Of a stretch of DNA of 64,000 bases, positions 1-9,637 are shown piece after piece. The notes beneath the pieces were generated by a model, which was given only the letters and a program-made list of their open reading frames with translations, did no database searches and was not told the DNA's origin. The stretch's first letter is position 1. Every line of letters starts with the position of its first letter. A program made the translations under genes and the position numbers. Origin of the DNA: a virus; the IMG/VR virus record IMGVR_UViG_3300029309_000006, positions 1-64,000 of that record. One strand, written 5' to 3'.

Positions 1-290
1 ATGACCTAGGTTACGTAGGCATAAATGAAACGAGCCCTAGCAATAAATTACAAATTTCAGATAGTACAGTAGGAACAGATTCAACAGCAGATGATAGCAA
101 TTTTATAAAATTAACAAACAAAGATATTGGAACAGCAAATGAGGTATGGGGTTTAGGTTTTTCTAGCGAATCAGGTGGAACTGATTACTTAGGTGGCTTT
201 GTTCAAGCGTTAGGCAATTTCGCCAGTAACTTCAACACTTCTTTAATATTTGGAACTAGAGGAACCTCAGGGAATGCCACAGAAAGAATG
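1..290 (+). repeat. Direct repeat copy 1 (tail-fibre module)
   Basis: Matches 30327-30616: the first 167 nt are identical, with mismatches at 168, 178, 196, 222, 224 and 281. Confidence 0.97.
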
Positions 291-2360
291 AGGATAGATA
301 GCTCTGGAAACGTAGGAATTGGAGTGTCAAACCCACAAAATTTATTAAGCTTATCTAAAGCCGGTGGTGCTAATATAAGATTTGACAACCCTACCACTAA
401 TAGACATTTTGTAATTGGCGAAGGCGTTGGTTCACCTGATAAATTTTCATTTAGAGGTCTCGGTTACCGAAGCACCGATACAATGACAATTGATTTTACT
501 AATGATCGAGTTGGAATTAGTACTCATTCGCCTGGCAGAAAATTAACTGTAGCTGGTGATGTATCAGGAGATGCAAACAACTTACTTTTATCAAATGAAA
601 ATGATACTAATGGTGATACTGCTAGTATTGGATTTAGTATGCTTAGCAATAATACTTTTGTTAAGTCAGGTATTTTCTTTGAAAGAACAACTACTCAAGG
701 TAGAGGAAGTTTGCATTTAGCTGTTAATAATGAAGCTAATAGCAATAATGTTAGTAAAAGCGATGCAAAATTAACCATTGACACCTCAGGAAATTTATCT
801 CTTGCAACTGCAACATCTTTAGATTTTAATGTAGCTGATTTTGCACAAATTAGATTTAAAGAATCGGCAGCTATAACTATTGATTCAGACAATAATCAAT
901 CAAGTAGAAATTTTCAAATTAAAGATGGTAGTGGCTCAAGTTTATTAACAATATTAGATACAGGGGATGCAACTTTTGCAGGTAACGTAAAAATAGGAAC
1001 TTCAACAACTGGCACACCATCAACAAACGCGGATGATTTAGTTATAGACAAAGGAGCAACTGAATCAGGAATTACTTTAATTTCAACTAATGCTGCTACT
1101 TTAAGATTTGGTGATGCTGCTAATACTTCAATTGGTTTTATAGAATATAATCATAATTCAAATTATATGCGATTTGGCACTAATGCCGCAGAAAGAATGC
1201 GAATAAACAGTTCAGGAAACGTAGGAATTGGTGCTCAATCAGGCGGAACTTTAAATAATATACTACAAGTATCTTCGGGAACAAATGCGGATGGTATTAT
1301 ATTAACAGGTATTGGAGATAGCTCAGGTTTAGCAAATGGAAATTATAGAAGAATAGGTTTTAGATTTGATGAAACAGATGAAAGTTTTGAAAGTGAAATA
1401 AGATTTGTAGTTACAGATCAAAATGCCCACGGCGGTCAAATGCAATTTGTTACTGACAACTCATCTGGAACAAAATCAATAGCAATGACTATTGACAAAA
1501 ATCAAAACGTAGGAATTGGAACTACGATACCCTGGCTTCCCCTTATGATACAAAAAGCATCATCATCTACAAGTCAATCAGCAGATTCATCATTTCGATT
1601 ATGTTTAAGTAACTCTGACCAAACTAATAATAATTATGCTTTAATTTCTTTTATTGATGGTGATGGCAACCCAGGAAGTGCATATATGGGCTGTCAATAT
1701 GTTGACCATACTAATAATTATGGAGATATACTTTTTGGTACAAGAAGTGCATCAGGATTATCAGAAAAAAAGCGTATTACAAGTGCGGGATTCACTAAAG
1801 CAAAAACAGGTGGTAATTATTTTGGTGGTTCTTATCACGAATTTTGTAATAACAATAATGTAAGTGGAGATAGAGTTATGGTACTTGGAAATACAGGAGG
1901 TAGTGCTACAAATAATACCTCAAGTATTGCTTTAACTGTTGCTGATAATGCTAATGATAGATTAAAGATTTTTGGAAATGGTAATGTAGTAAATTTAAAT
2001 AATTCTTATGGTGCAAGTTCAGATATTAAATTAAAAGAAAACATAGTAGATGCTACTTCAAAATTAGATGACTTAATGAAGGTTAAGATTCGTAATTATA
2101 ATTTTATTGGAGATGATAAAAAACAAATTGGCGTAGTTGCTCAAGAATTAGAAGATATATTTCCTAATATGATTGATGAATCTATTGATTATGAATATAA
2201 AAAAATTAAAGATAAAGAGGGTAATATAACTGAAGAAAATATAGATTTAGGAACTACTACAAAATCAGTTAAATATTCCGTATTCGTTCCAATGTTAATA
2301 AAAGCAATACAAGAACTAAAAGCAGAAATTGAAACTTTAAAAACACAAATAAATAAATAA
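3..2360 (+). CDS. Tail fibre with C-terminal intramolecular chaperone (peptidase S74-like), 5'-truncated by the window
   Basis: Frame is open from position 3 (DLGYVGINETSP...) into ORF 288..2360. Repeated ERMRI/GNVGIG motifs, SDIKLKENI, GVVAQE and a C-terminal coiled coil. Confidence 0.9.
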   Translation, partial: DLGYVGINETSPSNKLQISDSTVGTDSTADDSNFIKLTNKDIGTANEVWGLGFSSESGGTDYLGGFVQALGNFASNFNTSLIFGTRGTSGNATERMRIDSSGNVGIGVSNPQNLLSLSKAGGANIRFDNPTTNRHFVIGEGVGSPDKFSFRGLGYRSTDTMTIDFTNDRVGISTHSPGRKLTVAGDVSGDANNLLLSNENDTNGDTASIGFSMLSNNTFVKSGIFFERTTTQGRGSLHLAVNNEANSNNVSKSDAKLTIDTSGNLSLATATSLDFNVADFAQIRFKESAAITIDSDNNQSSRNFQIKDGSGSSLLTILDTGDATFAGNVKIGTSTTGTPSTNADDLVIDKGATESGITLISTNAATLRFGDAANTSIGFIEYNHNSNYMRFGTNAAERMRINSSGNVGIGAQSGGTLNNILQVSSGTNADGIILTGIGDSSGLANGNYRRIGFRFDETDESFESEIRFVVTDQNAHGGQMQFVTDNSSGTKSIAMTIDKNQNVGIGTTIPWLPLMIQKASSSTSQSADSSFRLCLSNSDQTNNNYALISFIDGDGNPGSAYMGCQYVDHTNNYGDILFGTRSASGLSEKKRITSAGFTKAKTGGNYFGGSYHEFCNNNNVSGDRVMVLGNTGGSATNNTSSIALTVADNANDRLKIFGNGNVVNLNNSYGASSDIKLKENIVDATSKLDDLMKVKIRNYNFIGDDKKQIGVVAQELEDIFPNMIDESIDYEYKKIKDKEGNITEENIDLGTTTKSVKYSVFVPMLIKAIQELKAEIETLKTQINK

Positions 2361-2362
2361 TT

Positions 2363-2686
2363 ATGGCAAATACATACGAATGGCGAATAAACTGTTTAGA
2401 CACTAAAATTAAGCAAGATAAAAAAAGTAATGTAGTATATAACGTACATTGGTCTTACATAGCTAAGGATGATTCAGAAACGCCTTATATGGCAAGTTCT
2501 ATAGGTACTTATGGTGTAACTTATGATAAATCTAATTTTATTACATATTCTAAGCTTACAAAAGAAGATGTGGTAGGTTGGCTTGAAGCAGGGTTAGATG
2601 TAGATTCTATGAAAAAAAGTTTAGATAATCAAATTGAATTACAAAAAAATCCTGTCGATAATCATTTGAAGCCAAACTGGGATTAA
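2363..2686 (+). CDS. Tail-fibre-associated protein
   Basis: Follows the fibre gene. Motifs NVVYNVHW and VVGWLE; homologous to 37357..37713. Confidence 0.6.
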   Translation: MANTYEWRINCLDTKIKQDKKSNVVYNVHWSYIAKDDSETPYMASSIGTYGVTYDKSNFITYSKLTKEDVVGWLEAGLDVDSMKKSLDNQIELQKNPVDNHLKPNWD

Positions 2687-2712
2687 TTATATTTACATAA
2701 AAAATATATATT

Positions 2713-2961
2713 ATGAAAAATTTAGAAAAAAGCGAACACGATTACATAAAAGGTTTATTTGATGAAAATGCTAAAAACTATATGAGTATTGGTCAAGACC
2801 AAGAAAATATAAAAATATTAGAAGCAAGAATAAACAATACAATAAATAAAAATTTAGAGAACAAAAAAGACCTTGATAAATATTTAAAGAACTTAGAAAC
2901 TAAGTATGGCAAAATAAATATCAATATGCAAGATGGGTCTTATGAAGAAATAGAAGAATAA
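2713..2961 (+). CDS. Small coiled-coil protein
   Basis: C-terminal YGKININMQDGSY is homologous to 46443..46700 (YGSVNINLTDGTY). Confidence 0.6.
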   Translation: MKNLEKSEHDYIKGLFDENAKNYMSIGQDQENIKILEARINNTINKNLENKKDLDKYLKNLETKYGKININMQDGSYEEIEE

Positions 2962-3101
2962 TGGGATTAGCAGATATGAAGTTATATATTATTAATACAG
3001 TTGTCTTTGCTGTGACAATGACAGAGATCGAAACGTGGTTAAAAATTATTCTTCTTATCTGCACTATTATTTACACGATAATGAAAATAAAAAAAATGTA
3101 A
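2961..3101 (+). CDS. Small two-TM membrane protein, holin-like (46 aa, not in ORF track)
   Basis: MGLADMKLYIINTVVFAVTMTEIETWLKIILLICTIIYTIMKIKKM; fills the gap in the lysis region. Confidence 0.55.
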   Translation: MGLADMKLYIINTVVFAVTMTEIETWLKIILLICTIIYTIMKIKKM

Positions 3102-3102
3102 A

Positions 3103-3420
3103 ATGGCAACTAAGATAAGTGAAGATACTAACGTACAATTAGATTTAAAAACTATAGGATTAATTATAGGAGGTACTATATCTCTTGCAAGTATGTACTT
3201 TACTTTAAAATCTGACATTGATGCTTTAAATTCTAAAATAGAAAATTTTAGTGGAGATGAATTTGTACAAAAAATGGAATTTCAACTAAAGGATGAATTG
3301 ATTAGAGCAAACGTAATACAGATAGATAAAGCTACAAAAGATTTAAAAGAAGATATAGAAGAAAATAAAGAAGCGATAAAAATTAATTCAGAAAAAATTT
3401 ATGAAAACAAAAGAAGATGA
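3103..3420 (+). CDS. TM plus coiled-coil protein (lysis module)
   Basis: LDLKTIGLIIGG TM segment; paralogue of 4235..4519. Confidence 0.55.
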   Translation: MATKISEDTNVQLDLKTIGLIIGGTISLASMYFTLKSDIDALNSKIENFSGDEFVQKMEFQLKDELIRANVIQIDKATKDLKEDIEENKEAIKINSEKIYENKRR

Positions 3421-3764
3421 AACATTTAATATATGTCCTTTTTGTGTTATTTGCATTTGCAAAAACTAATGCACAAGACTTAACATTATTGCATATAAAT
3501 GCTAAGTGGAATGAAAGCAATAATTACAATTTAAGAGGAATAAAAGGTGCTAAAATACAAATGGCTTATTTAGAAGATCAAAGTTCTTCTATTAAATCAC
3601 AAATTAAATCTGTACCAACTATAATACTTTTAGATAAAAATGGCAAACCAAGAGGTCAATGGAAAGCAGGTTTAAGTTTTGTAATAACAGCAACACAGGA
3701 AGAAATACAAAATCGTATAAATGTAATTATGTTAGAAAACACAAGGCGTAGGTCAACAAATTAA
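3417..3764 (+). CDS. Secreted thioredoxin-like fold protein lacking CxxC
   Basis: Signal peptide ending TNA-Q; LHINAKWN and IKSVPTIILLDKNGK resemble the thioredoxin fold. Confidence 0.55.
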   Translation: MKHLIYVLFVLFAFAKTNAQDLTLLHINAKWNESNNYNLRGIKGAKIQMAYLEDQSSSIKSQIKSVPTIILLDKNGKPRGQWKAGLSFVITATQEEIQNRINVIMLENTRRRSTN

Positions 3765-3770
3765 TAAATT

Positions 3771-4235
3771 ATGATTAGTCAACATATATCAGAAAAAGAA
3801 GCAACTAAAAGCATTACTGCTTTACGTTTAGGTATTGACAACACCCCAAACGGAGATGCAATAAGTAATATGAAAGAGTTAGCAGAAAAAGTATTTGAAC
3901 CTCTTAGGGCTTGGGTAGGTGGTGCAATAAAGATAAATAGTTTTTATAGATCACCTGCATTAAACGAAGCTATTGGTGGCAGCAGTAGAAGCCAACATTG
4001 TAAAGGACAAGCTATGGATATTGATGACATTTACGGACACAAAACAAATGCAGAAATGTTTAAGTTTATTAAAGATGAACTTAATTATGACCAAATGATA
4101 TGGGAATTTGGAAACGAAGATAATCCTGACTGGGTTCACGTTTCATATGTAAGCGAAGATAAAAATAGAAATAGAATATTAAAAGCTGTTAGAGATGATG
4201 GTAAAACTAAATACATAGATATTACAAATAGCTAA
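3771..4235 (+). CDS. Endolysin, peptidase M15 family (Zn D-Ala-D-Ala-type)
   Basis: INSFYRS, SQHCKGQAMD, WVHVSY motifs. Confidence 0.9.
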   Translation: MISQHISEKEATKSITALRLGIDNTPNGDAISNMKELAEKVFEPLRAWVGGAIKINSFYRSPALNEAIGGSSRSQHCKGQAMDIDDIYGHKTNAEMFKFIKDELNYDQMIWEFGNEDNPDWVHVSYVSEDKNRNRILKAVRDDGKTKYIDITNS

Positions 4236-4519
4236 TGGGAATAGAGGAGAAAAAAATAGGATTAGATATAGATAGTGACGGAAAGCCTGATCTTAATTTA
4301 GATTTAAAAACATTAATACTTTTGATTGGTGGTATATCTTCATTGATATTTACATATACAACTTTACAATCAGATATAGAATCTGCAAAGCTTTTACCAC
4401 CACAACAAGACATATCTAAAGTAGAACAAAAGGTAGAATTTTTAGAAAACAAAATAGAAAACATAGAAAAACAACACGACAGAAGACTTGATAATATCGA
4501 GAAAAAAGTGTTTAAGTGA
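4235..4519 (+). CDS. TM plus coiled-coil protein (lysis module)
   Basis: DIDSDGKPD then LDLKTLILLIGG; paralogue of 3103..3420. Confidence 0.55.
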   Translation: MGIEEKKIGLDIDSDGKPDLNLDLKTLILLIGGISSLIFTYTTLQSDIESAKLLPPQQDISKVEQKVEFLENKIENIEKQHDRRLDNIEKKVFK

Positions 4520-4601
4520 GAGATTTATTTGACATATTGTTAAGTTTTTTAATTATAATGATTGCTTTATCTGTCACTATATTACCTTTAATGTTTCAAT
4601 T

Positions 4602-5009
4602 ATGAAAAATATATTAGCAAAAATATTTGGTGGTGCAGGTGGTGGCATAGCAAACTCTATAAGTGGTATAATAGATAAGCATACATTTAGTAAAGAAGAA
4701 AAAGCTAGGTTTGAAAAAGAAATGACAGAAGTGTTTATTAATGCAGAAGCAGATATGCAACAGAATGTTACTGAAAGGTGGAAAGCAGACCTTGAACACG
4801 GAAACACACTTACTAAATCAGTTAGACCTATAGTGCTTTTGTTTCTTATAATATCTACTGTGCTATTAGTATTTATAGATTCAGGAAGTATAAACTTTAA
4901 CGTAGAAGAAAAATGGACTGATCTATTACAGCTTGTACTAATTACAGTAATTGGTGCATACTTTGGTGGTCGTAGTATAGAAAAAGTAAAAAATGCCAAA
5001 AAAAATTAA
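4602..5009 (+). CDS. Holin (3TM GTA-type-like)
   Basis: RWKAD...LTKSVRP, two TM segments, AYFGGRS. Confidence 0.75.
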   Translation: MKNILAKIFGGAGGGIANSISGIIDKHTFSKEEKARFEKEMTEVFINAEADMQQNVTERWKADLEHGNTLTKSVRPIVLLFLIISTVLLVFIDSGSINFNVEEKWTDLLQLVLITVIGAYFGGRSIEKVKNAKKN

Positions 5010-5127
5010 CGTAAGTATATACAAATCCAATGCCAAAAAGCGTAAAGGCATACACGCTAAAAGCAAAAGCAGTAAATTAAAATCAAGCAAAAATTACTTA
5101 AAAAAATATAGAGGTCAAGGTAGATAA
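4993..5127 (+). CDS. Small basic protein (44 aa, not in ORF track)
   Basis: MPKKINVSIYKSNAKKRKGIHAKSKSSKLKSSKNYLKKYRGQGR. Confidence 0.55.
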   Translation: MPKKINVSIYKSNAKKRKGIHAKSKSSKLKSSKNYLKKYRGQGR

Positions 5128-5294
5128 TATTTTTTTTATATATTTGTTTTTGCTTATAGCTAAACTTCAAGAACCTAATAAAGTTGGACACTTGTTGGAA
5201 CAGGTACTACAAATTTTCTTTTTGTAGGCTTTTTCTTTTCTTTTTCTTTGCTTACTTTCTTTTTCTTTTCTTTTAATTATAATACATTTATAGT

Positions 5295-5699
5295 ATGAGA
5301 AAAATAACTCGTAAAGGACTTATTAAAAGACTAGATACTGTATTTTCAGAATACATAAGAAAGAAAAATGCAGATAGTAGAGGGTATGTTACCTGTATAA
5401 CATCAGGTCGTAAATACCACTACAGCGAAGTAGATGCAGGTCACTTTATATCACGTAAAGAAATGTCTACTAGGTGGCACGAAGACAATGTACACCCACA
5501 ATCAAGATACGATAACAGATACAGATACGGAAAGCAATATGAATACGGACTTGCACTAGATAATAAAAAAAAAGGTCTTGCTAAAAGACTATATAAACTA
5601 TCTAAACAAACTGTAAAGTATTCAGTAAACGACTTACAAGAATTACTAGATAAATACAAAAAACTATTGCACAACGAAAATAAAAGGTTATCTTTGTAG
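5295..5699 (+). CDS. NinG/Rap-like recombination endonuclease
   Basis: LDTVFSEYIR, GYVTCITSG, DAGHFISR, RWHEDNVHPQ. Confidence 0.85.
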   Translation: MRKITRKGLIKRLDTVFSEYIRKKNADSRGYVTCITSGRKYHYSEVDAGHFISRKEMSTRWHEDNVHPQSRYDNRYRYGKQYEYGLALDNKKKGLAKRLYKLSKQTVKYSVNDLQELLDKYKKLLHNENKRLSL

Positions 5700-5733
5700 A
5701 ACTTATCAATCTTTGATATAGTTGTTTTGTTTT

Positions 5734-5765
5734 AAGGGGAGAATTAATTTTTTCCCCTTTTTTTT
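5734..5765 (+). terminator. Rho-independent terminator
   Basis: AAGGGGA...TCCCCTT stem followed by a T-run. Confidence 0.75.
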
Positions 5766-5793
5766 GTTTATTAACATTTTTTAATTATATTTG
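5763..5793 (+). promoter_or_regulatory. Bacteroidota housekeeping-type promoter (-33/-7)
   Basis: TTTG (5763-66), 19-nt spacer, TATATTTG (5786-93) upstream of the early small ORFs. Confidence 0.7.
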
Positions 5794-5925
5794 TATAAAA
5801 CAAAACATTATGAATAAAGCAAATAAACAATTAATTAAAACTTTACTTAAATGCTACAAAGAAGGTAGTATAGATGCTAAACTTACAGCAGACACAATTT
5901 ATAGAATAATTAAAAACGAAACAAA

Positions 5926-6063
5926 ATGAATCACTTATTATATGTACCAGACCTACTATCACACGAATGTGTTATGTGTGGCAAACCAATGGAAGATGAA
6001 ACTTATCACAAACAAGGTGGTTACTGTTCATCAAGTTGTTTAACTACAGATATTGAATTATGA
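5926..6063 (+). CDS. Small Zn-ribbon protein (45 aa, not in ORF track)
   Basis: CVMCG...YCSSSC; lies between small ORFs 5810..5929 and 6060..6227. Confidence 0.55.
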   Translation: MNHLLYVPDLLSHECVMCGKPMEDETYHKQGGYCSSSCLTTDIEL

Positions 6064-6228
6064 ATATGCACTTATCAAAAGAAGATTTCAATAAAGAAAT
6101 TGTAAGACTAAACAACAGAATAGATTTTCTTTGTAAGCATATATCACAACAAGATAAAAAGATAGAAAATTTAGAAATAATTAATAAATTAGTAAAAAAT
6201 AAATACAAGAAACTAAACTCAATATAAA

Positions 6229-6636
6229 ATGAAACACAAAGCACAAATTAAAAAAATATACAAACAAGATAAACCACCATTTGGAGATGGTATCTTAACT
6301 TATAAAATAGAAACAACTAAACATACAGCTTATTATTATACTTCTAAAATATCTTTTAATGAAGGAGATGAAGTTGAATATGATTATCTCCAACAAAAAA
6401 ACGGAGACTATAAATTTAAAGATTTAAAAAAATCAAGTATGTTTAGCAACTATACAAAAGATAAAGATGTTGAATATATAAACAAACAAGACAATAAAGA
6501 AGATAATATACATTTTCAATCTGCAAGGAGAGACTTTGCAATACTAAATCAAGGCAGGGGTTTATCTGCACAAGAAATACACGAAGGTGGACTTGAGATA
6601 TATAAATTACACAAACAAATTAAAAATCAATTATAA
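6229..6636 (+). CDS. Hypothetical protein, possibly OB-fold ssDNA-binding
   Basis: FNEGDEVEY OB-like pattern; replication context. Confidence 0.4.
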   Translation: MKHKAQIKKIYKQDKPPFGDGILTYKIETTKHTAYYYTSKISFNEGDEVEYDYLQQKNGDYKFKDLKKSSMFSNYTKDKDVEYINKQDNKEDNIHFQSARRDFAILNQGRGLSAQEIHEGGLEIYKLHKQIKNQL

Positions 6637-6642
6637 ATAATT

Positions 6643-6978
6643 ATGGAAATAACAGGAACAATAAAACAAATAGGAGAAACTAAAACATTTGGAACAAAAA
6701 ACTTTGAAGTAAGAAAGTTACTTATAGAAACCAAAGAAAAATACCCACAAATGATTGAACTAGACTTTCAGAATAAAAATTGTTATGCACTAGACAATTA
6801 CGCTGTAAACGATGAAGTAAAAGTAGGTTTTAATTTAAGGGGTCGTGAATGGAAAAATAAAGAAGGAGAAACTAAATACTTTAATACAATCGTAGGTTGG
6901 AAGATTGACCTAAATGAAGAAGTTACTTTACAAGATCAAAACGCTGATAGAGAACCAGTAAGTGACTTACCCTTTTGA
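6643..6978 (+). CDS. ssDNA-binding protein (DUF3127-like)
   Basis: MEITGTI...YPQ...FNLRGREW...YFNTI; acidic DLPF tail. Confidence 0.8.
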   Translation: MEITGTIKQIGETKTFGTKNFEVRKLLIETKEKYPQMIELDFQNKNCYALDNYAVNDEVKVGFNLRGREWKNKEGETKYFNTIVGWKIDLNEEVTLQDQNADREPVSDLPF

Positions 6979-7193
6979 AAATAAAAACACCTAAATATTA
7001 TAACGGACTTAATAATTATACAGCTCGTGAAGTTGTAGAAAATTTTAGGTTAAACTATAATCTAGGTACAGCTTGTACATATATTCTAAGGGCGTTTAGT
7101 AAACATCCTGACCCAAAAGAAGATATACAAAAAGCAATAGATCATTTAAACTTTGAACTTGAAAGATTAAACAAAACAACTAATGTTAATTAA
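6975..7193 (+). CDS. DUF3310-like protein
   Basis: PKYY...NLGTACTYILRA...EDIQKAIDHL. Confidence 0.7.
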   Translation: MKIKTPKYYNGLNNYTAREVVENFRLNYNLGTACTYILRAFSKHPDPKEDIQKAIDHLNFELERLNKTTNVN

Positions 7194-8094
7194 TTTTGGA
7201 GATGAATTAGACAAAGTAGACCAAATAAGAAAAGGAATATTAAAAGAAGCTCCTAGAATTGGAATAGATGAAATTGACAATGTTATACGATTCAAAAGAA
7301 ATTTGACTTGTTTTGCAGGTCACGCCAACGTAGGTAAAACTTCTATTATTCTTTATTTTATGATGGTGTTTGCTCAAAAGCATAAAATTAAATTTCTTGT
7401 ATTTTCTTCTGAAAATGAGCCTTACTCAATTATAAGAAAACTTATAGAGTACAAGTCTGCTAAACCAATTAACAAAATATCTAAAACAGAATTACACAAA
7501 CACTCACAGTTTGTAAATAAACATTTTAAATTTATTGACTGCGAAAAGAATTATGATTACTTAGATTTATTATCTTTATGTGAAGTAATGTACGATCAAG
7601 GTCAATTTGATTGTCTTATAATAGACCCTATTAATAGTCTAAGAAAAAATAAAGGTATGATGAAATTTAGTAACGCTTATGAATATCTTTATGAAATGAT
7701 GACAGATTTTAGGATATTTGTAAAAAAGTATAATGTAGGTATGTGGCTTATTATGCACTCAGTAACAGAAGCATTTAGAAAAAGATACGGAGCTAATCAC
7801 GAATATGCAGGACACCCACTTCCACTAGCTATGTCAGATGTTGAAGGTGGTAATGTATATGGAAACAGAACAGATGATTTTTATACAATACATCGTTTAA
7901 CACAACACGAATCTAGGTGGATATATACAGAATTACATTGTAAGAAAATTAAAGACCACGATACAGGCACTAAACCTACAGGGTTTGACAGTCCACTAAT
8001 TTTAGAAAGCATAGCAAACAATGTAGGGTATAAGATGGGAGAACAAACAACAATCAACAAATCAGTAATAGAACAACTTAACTTTCCATTTTGA
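7183..8094 (+). CDS. DnaB-like (SF4) replicative helicase
   Basis: Walker A GHANVGKT, FSSEN, Walker B LIIDP, VEGG. Confidence 0.85.
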   Translation: MLINFGDELDKVDQIRKGILKEAPRIGIDEIDNVIRFKRNLTCFAGHANVGKTSIILYFMMVFAQKHKIKFLVFSSENEPYSIIRKLIEYKSAKPINKISKTELHKHSQFVNKHFKFIDCEKNYDYLDLLSLCEVMYDQGQFDCLIIDPINSLRKNKGMMKFSNAYEYLYEMMTDFRIFVKKYNVGMWLIMHSVTEAFRKRYGANHEYAGHPLPLAMSDVEGGNVYGNRTDDFYTIHRLTQHESRWIYTELHCKKIKDHDTGTKPTGFDSPLILESIANNVGYKMGEQTTINKSVIEQLNFPF

Positions 8095-8567
8095 AAACAC
8101 CAGTTGAAAAGGCATATCAAAGACACGACAAATGGATAGAGATTGTCAGGTCGTTTGGTGGTCTAAGAGAAACTGAGGTAGAAGACATTGTATCGGAACT
8201 TTATATATTACTTATTAGAAACACACAAAAGGGTGTAGACTTTTCTTTCAATGATGACATAAATTATTATTATTGTTATAGAATACTTAGAGGTTTATAC
8301 GTTGATCTTATAAGAAAAAAAATTAAAGTATCTTTTGTTACTTTAGACAATGTAAAGATTAGCGAGGAGAATACAGTCAATTATGAAGAAGTATTTGAAA
8401 AAATACAAAAAGCATTAAAGGAGATATACTGGTATGATCGCAAAGTTTATGAAATAGTAGATGATGGTATTTCTGTAAGTGAGCTGTCTCGTAAATCACA
8501 AATAAGTTATTACAGTCTTTACAATACTTTGAAGCGAGTAAAAACAAAATTAAAACAATTAATATGA
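8091..8567 (+). CDS. Phage ECF-like sigma factor / HTH regulator
   Basis: Region-2-like VEDIVSELYI; region-4-like HTH ISVSELSRKSQISYYSLYNTLKRVK. Confidence 0.65.
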   Translation: MKTPVEKAYQRHDKWIEIVRSFGGLRETEVEDIVSELYILLIRNTQKGVDFSFNDDINYYYCYRILRGLYVDLIRKKIKVSFVTLDNVKISEENTVNYEEVFEKIQKALKEIYWYDRKVYEIVDDGISVSELSRKSQISYYSLYNTLKRVKTKLKQLI

Positions 8568-8728
8568 GACTAGGAGACATAGTAGAAAAAATAATAAACA
8601 TAGTTACATTTGGTACAGGAAAAAAAATAGCTAAATGGATTGCCTATAAATTAGGATATGATGATTGTGGTTGTGATGATAGAAAAGAATTTTTAAATAA
8701 CATATCAAGAAATGGCAAAGCTAAGTAA
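8564..8728 (+). CDS. Small LGD...CGC protein (54 aa, not in ORF track)
   Basis: MRLGDIVEKII...DCGCDDRKEFLN; homologous to 45497..45655. Confidence 0.65.
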   Translation: MRLGDIVEKIINIVTFGTGKKIAKWIAYKLGYDDCGCDDRKEFLNNISRNGKAK

Positions 8729-8933
8729 AGAAGAATATAAACATTGGACAAACTTCAAGTCTGTAAATAGTAGTACAATAAATATAAGTGAACAAAAACT
8801 TATTGCTAACTTACACAGCAAATATTTTAATCATAAATATTATATACCTTGCTCTTGTAGTCCTAGAATTTGGAACGACTGGATTAAAGATATAAATACT
8901 ATATACGACAATGAAAATAGAAACAGTTCATAA
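8712..8933 (+). CDS. Hypothetical protein (PCSC motif)
   Basis: ORF track; overlaps neighbours in operon fashion. Confidence 0.6.
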   Translation: MAKLSKEEYKHWTNFKSVNSSTINISEQKLIANLHSKYFNHKYYIPCSCSPRIWNDWIKDINTIYDNENRNSS

Positions 8934-9324
8934 GTTTGAAAGAACAGTAGTTAGGTGGCTTAACGAATTTGAAGGATGGGATTTAAATTGGTGTGGTGGT
9001 AAATTTGAACATTACGACTGTAAAGGCAAAACAAAAAAAGGACACGACTGTGTAATAGAAATGAAGTTCAGAAAAAAATACTATAAAGAAAAGATGCTTG
9101 AAAAATATAAATACGATAAGCTAATGGAAATGGATTCAGAAATAGTTAAATTATATTTTGTATCAGACCCTAAAGGAACTTATTTGTATTGGCTTAATTA
9201 TTTAGAAGTACCAAAGATAAAAGAAATGTATTGCCCTGAGACATCGTTGTGGTCAAAGAAGAAAGTAAAGAAACAGGTTTACTTACTTACAGAAGATATG
9301 GCTAGTATAGTATATAAAGAATAA
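8911..9324 (+). CDS. PD-(D/E)xK nuclease-like protein
   Basis: HYDC...VIEMKFR. Confidence 0.6.
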   Translation: MKIETVHKFERTVVRWLNEFEGWDLNWCGGKFEHYDCKGKTKKGHDCVIEMKFRKKYYKEKMLEKYKYDKLMEMDSEIVKLYFVSDPKGTYLYWLNYLEVPKIKEMYCPETSLWSKKKVKKQVYLLTEDMASIVYKE

Positions 9325-9385
9325 TTATAATTTGTTAATAATTATTAGTATATTGCAAAAGACAAAACAAGAATTATTATCTTCT

Positions 9386-9637
9386 ATGAACGTTAAAGAA
9401 AAACAAAAATACGAAGCGTGTTTTAATTACATAGGCGAAGCTATGACTAAGGCATATGAAAGTGCTGATAAAAAAAGACGAAGTGAAATAAGCTCATATA
9501 TTAAATGCCTTAACAATATGTATGTTTATACAAACAACTTAGAAATAAAATTAATGATAAATGACACAAACAAAAATTCAACTTTTAGACGGAAAAGATT
9601 ACAACAAGAAAGACCTTTTGAAAAAAATGGTAGATGA
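9386..9637 (+). CDS. Hypothetical protein
   Basis: ORF 9332..9637 with a probable ATG start at 9386. Confidence 0.45.
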   Translation: MNVKEKQKYEACFNYIGEAMTKAYESADKKRRSEISSYIKCLNNMYVYTNNLEIKLMINDTNKNSTFRRKRLQQERPFEKNGR

